Of a stretch of 64,000 nt of DNA, positions 62,070-64,000 are shown piece after piece. Positions within the stretch are counted from its first letter, which is position 1. The number at the start of each line of letters is the position of its first letter. The stretch covers positions 96,001 through 160,000 of the forward strand of contig CAWDPO010000016.1 of NCBI GenBank assembly GCA_963804165.1. The letters are read 5' to 3'. The stretch is from an uncultured delta proteobacterium. Its GTDB lineage: Bacteria; Desulfobacterota; Binatia; UBA9968. The notes under the pieces were generated by a model. It made no database searches. It had not been told where the DNA came from and saw only the letters and a program-made list of their open reading frames with translations. The translations under genes and the position numbers were made by a program.

Positions 62070-63104
62070 ATGCTGAAGAAAATGGTCCGACGTTCAATGC
62101 TCAAAAGATCGAAAAATAGATTCGCCATTGTTACTCTTTTCGTCATGCTCTCGTGCACTCTTGCTGGGTTCCGGCCGAGGCGCAGCAGCCGAAGAAAGTC
62201 CCTCGGATAGGGTATCTATCGCCGTTCTGACCCAGCTACGTGAGTCCACCGTAGCCGAGGCAATTCGGCTGGCTCTGCGCGAGCTTGGCTACATAGAAGG
62301 ACAGAACATCGCCATCGAGTACCGATATGCGGAGGGAAAGTCGATCGGTTCCCTGAGCTTGCGGCCGAGTTGGTGCGTCTCAAGGTTGATATCATCGTGG
62401 TACAGGAGGGGAACGATCCGGGCGGCCAAGAATGCGACCAAGACGATTCCCATCGTTATGACGGGCACTGGACTCGATCCTGTCGAGGCAGGCCTAATTG
62501 AAAGCCTTGCCCGTCCCGGCGGCAACGTCACCGGCATTACAAACCTTAGCAGGGAACTAGGCGGTAAGCGGCTGGAGCTGCTCAAAGAAGCCGTTCCCAA
62601 AATTGCCCGTGTCGCGGTTCTCTACGATCCGGCCAATCCGCCCAGTGTAATCGAGGTGAAAGAGGTTCTCCCAGTCGCGGCGCGTGCGCTGGGGTTGACT
62701 GTTCGGTCTTGGGAGGTACGAGCTGCGGACGATTTCGATAGGGTATTCGCTGCGATGAATAAGGAGCGCCCGGATGGACTCTACGTGCTCGGGGGCGCGC
62801 TAATGAATGCTAACCGAAAACGGATCGCGGGCTTTGCGTTAAAGAGCCGGTTACCGTCGATGTATCACCGACAGAGAAGCTGTAGAGGCCGGCGGGCTCA
62901 TGTACTACGGGGCGGACCTCGCGGACAGCTACCGGCGCGTCGCATATTACGTGGACAAGAATCCTGAAGGGAGCCAAGCCTGCCGATCTTCCCGTGGAGC
63001 AGCCGACGAAGTTCGAACTCGTCATCAATTTGAAGACAGCGAAGCAGATCGGCCTGACGATTCCGCCGAACGTGCTGGCGCGGGCGGACAAGGTCATCAA
63101 ATGA
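62070..63104 (+). CDS. ABC_sub_bind substrate-binding protein, copy 4; frameshifted
   Basis: [36 protein letters not shown] and ADKVIK*. Confidence 0.85.
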
Positions 63105-63151
63105 CATTTTGGATTTGTCGATTTTAGATTTTGGATTGAGGCAGAAAAGCA

Positions 63152-64000
63152 ATGACAAAGAATTTCGGATGCGATCTCCGAATTCTTGTTCCGACAATCG
63201 AAATCTAAAACCTGTGCTGAGCAACGTCGAAGTATCCAAAATCGAAAATGGCTGGGGCTTTCGCTCTCGTTGTCACGTTCGTTTTGGGGCTGCGGCTCAG
63301 GCGCAGCAGCCAGGAAAAATCTTCCGCATAGGTTTCCTGGATACAAGCACTGCTTCTGGTAGCGCGGTCCTCTTGGAGGCGTTCCGGCAAGAGCTGGCAA
63401 GCTTGGATGGATTGAGGGAAAGAATATCACCATCGAGTACCGGTTTGCCGAGCAAAAGCTGAGCGCCTGCCCGAGCTTGCGGCGGACTTGGTTCGTCTTA
63501 AGGTTGATCTGATTGTGGTCACAGGACGCCACGCGTTAGCGGCGAAGAAAGCAACCACTACCATCCCCATCGTGATGGCGAACGCTGGGGACCCCGTGGG
63601 TGCAGGTCTGGTTGCCAGTCTGGCGCGGCCGGGAGGCAATGTCACCGGGCTTCTCGAGTTTAGCGCCCGAAGTAAACACGAAAAGGCTAGAGATACTCAA
63701 GGACGCGGTCCCCAAACTCGCCCGAGTTGGACTTCTGCGGCCGGCGGGAGGATCAGGAGACGTCCAACTGAAAGAGCTCAGGCCTGCGGCTCTGGCGCTA
63801 AAGCTAAAATTGGAGGAGATCGAGACTCAACCCGACCCCAAAGGTTTAGAGAGCGCCTTTCAAACCGCAAAGCAGAAGCAGGTCGGCGCGATTATGACGA
63901 CCGCCGGTCCCGCTTTTTCGCCGAAAGAAAGCGGATCGTCGAGCTTGCCGGCAAATACCGATTGCCTGCTATTTACTTACAGAAGGAGTTTGTCGATGAG
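63152..64000 (+). CDS. ABC_sub_bind substrate-binding protein, copy 5; frameshifted, runs off the window end
   Basis: AQAQQPGKIFRIGFL; DNA nearly identical to copy 2 over long stretches. Confidence 0.85.
63211..63234 (+). repeat. 24-bp REP-like insert CCTGTGCTGAGC...GTCGAAGTA inside the leader of SBP copy 5
   Basis: Interrupts the TCTAAAA|TCCAAAA heptamer run, which is contiguous in copy 3 (60941-60966). Confidence 0.6.

Noticed and set aside
58786-64000. Integron or diversity-generating retroelement behind the SBP array
   Set aside because: No integrase or reverse transcriptase in the window, no consistent attC RYYYAAC/GTTRRRY ends, and differences between copies are not adenine-specific on inspection.

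Overview
This 64 kb window is GC-rich bacterial chromosomal DNA. Gene content and repeat style suggest a soil MAG of the Binatia / 'Deltaproteobacteria bacterium' type, but that is inference only. Many genes carry single-base indels, often in homopolymers, which look like long-read consensus errors. Contents from left to right: (1) an amidase, a GT87 glycosyltransferase and a CopD-like gene; (2) a complete A1-type heme-copper oxidase operon (coxB-coxA-ctaA-ctaB-microprotein-subunit III-CxxC membrane protein-second subunit III-subunit IV-DUF420); (3) nadX, a TPP enzyme, an MFS transporter, an ABM protein, a fumC relic and a GlrR-like sigma54 regulator; (4) a ~15 kb potassium island with a sigma54 promoter and phased TTGCA-N2/3-TGCAA sites upstream of microprotein-kdpFABC-divergent PII-porin-(PII relic), followed by a stand-alone KdpD/USP protein, a HAMP/PAS histidine kinase, a KUP/KimA-like permease-USP fusion, a USP, a sigma54 response regulator and a REC-TPR protein, with no kdpE; (5) a glycogen cluster, malQ-glgB-glgA-glgC-GH57; (6) selA-selB-selD, where SelD has an in-frame UGA (Sec) and a SECIS-like hairpin; (7) one hydantoinase/oxoprolinase A, two B paralogs, two SsuA-like SBPs and an MBL hydrolase; (8) a tandem array of at least 5 orphan ABC_sub_bind SBP paralogs behind a sigma54 promoter, with an inverted repeat at every junction. 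Several REP-like and short tandem repeat families occur between genes. No rRNA, tRNA, CRISPR array, integrase or transposase was seen.
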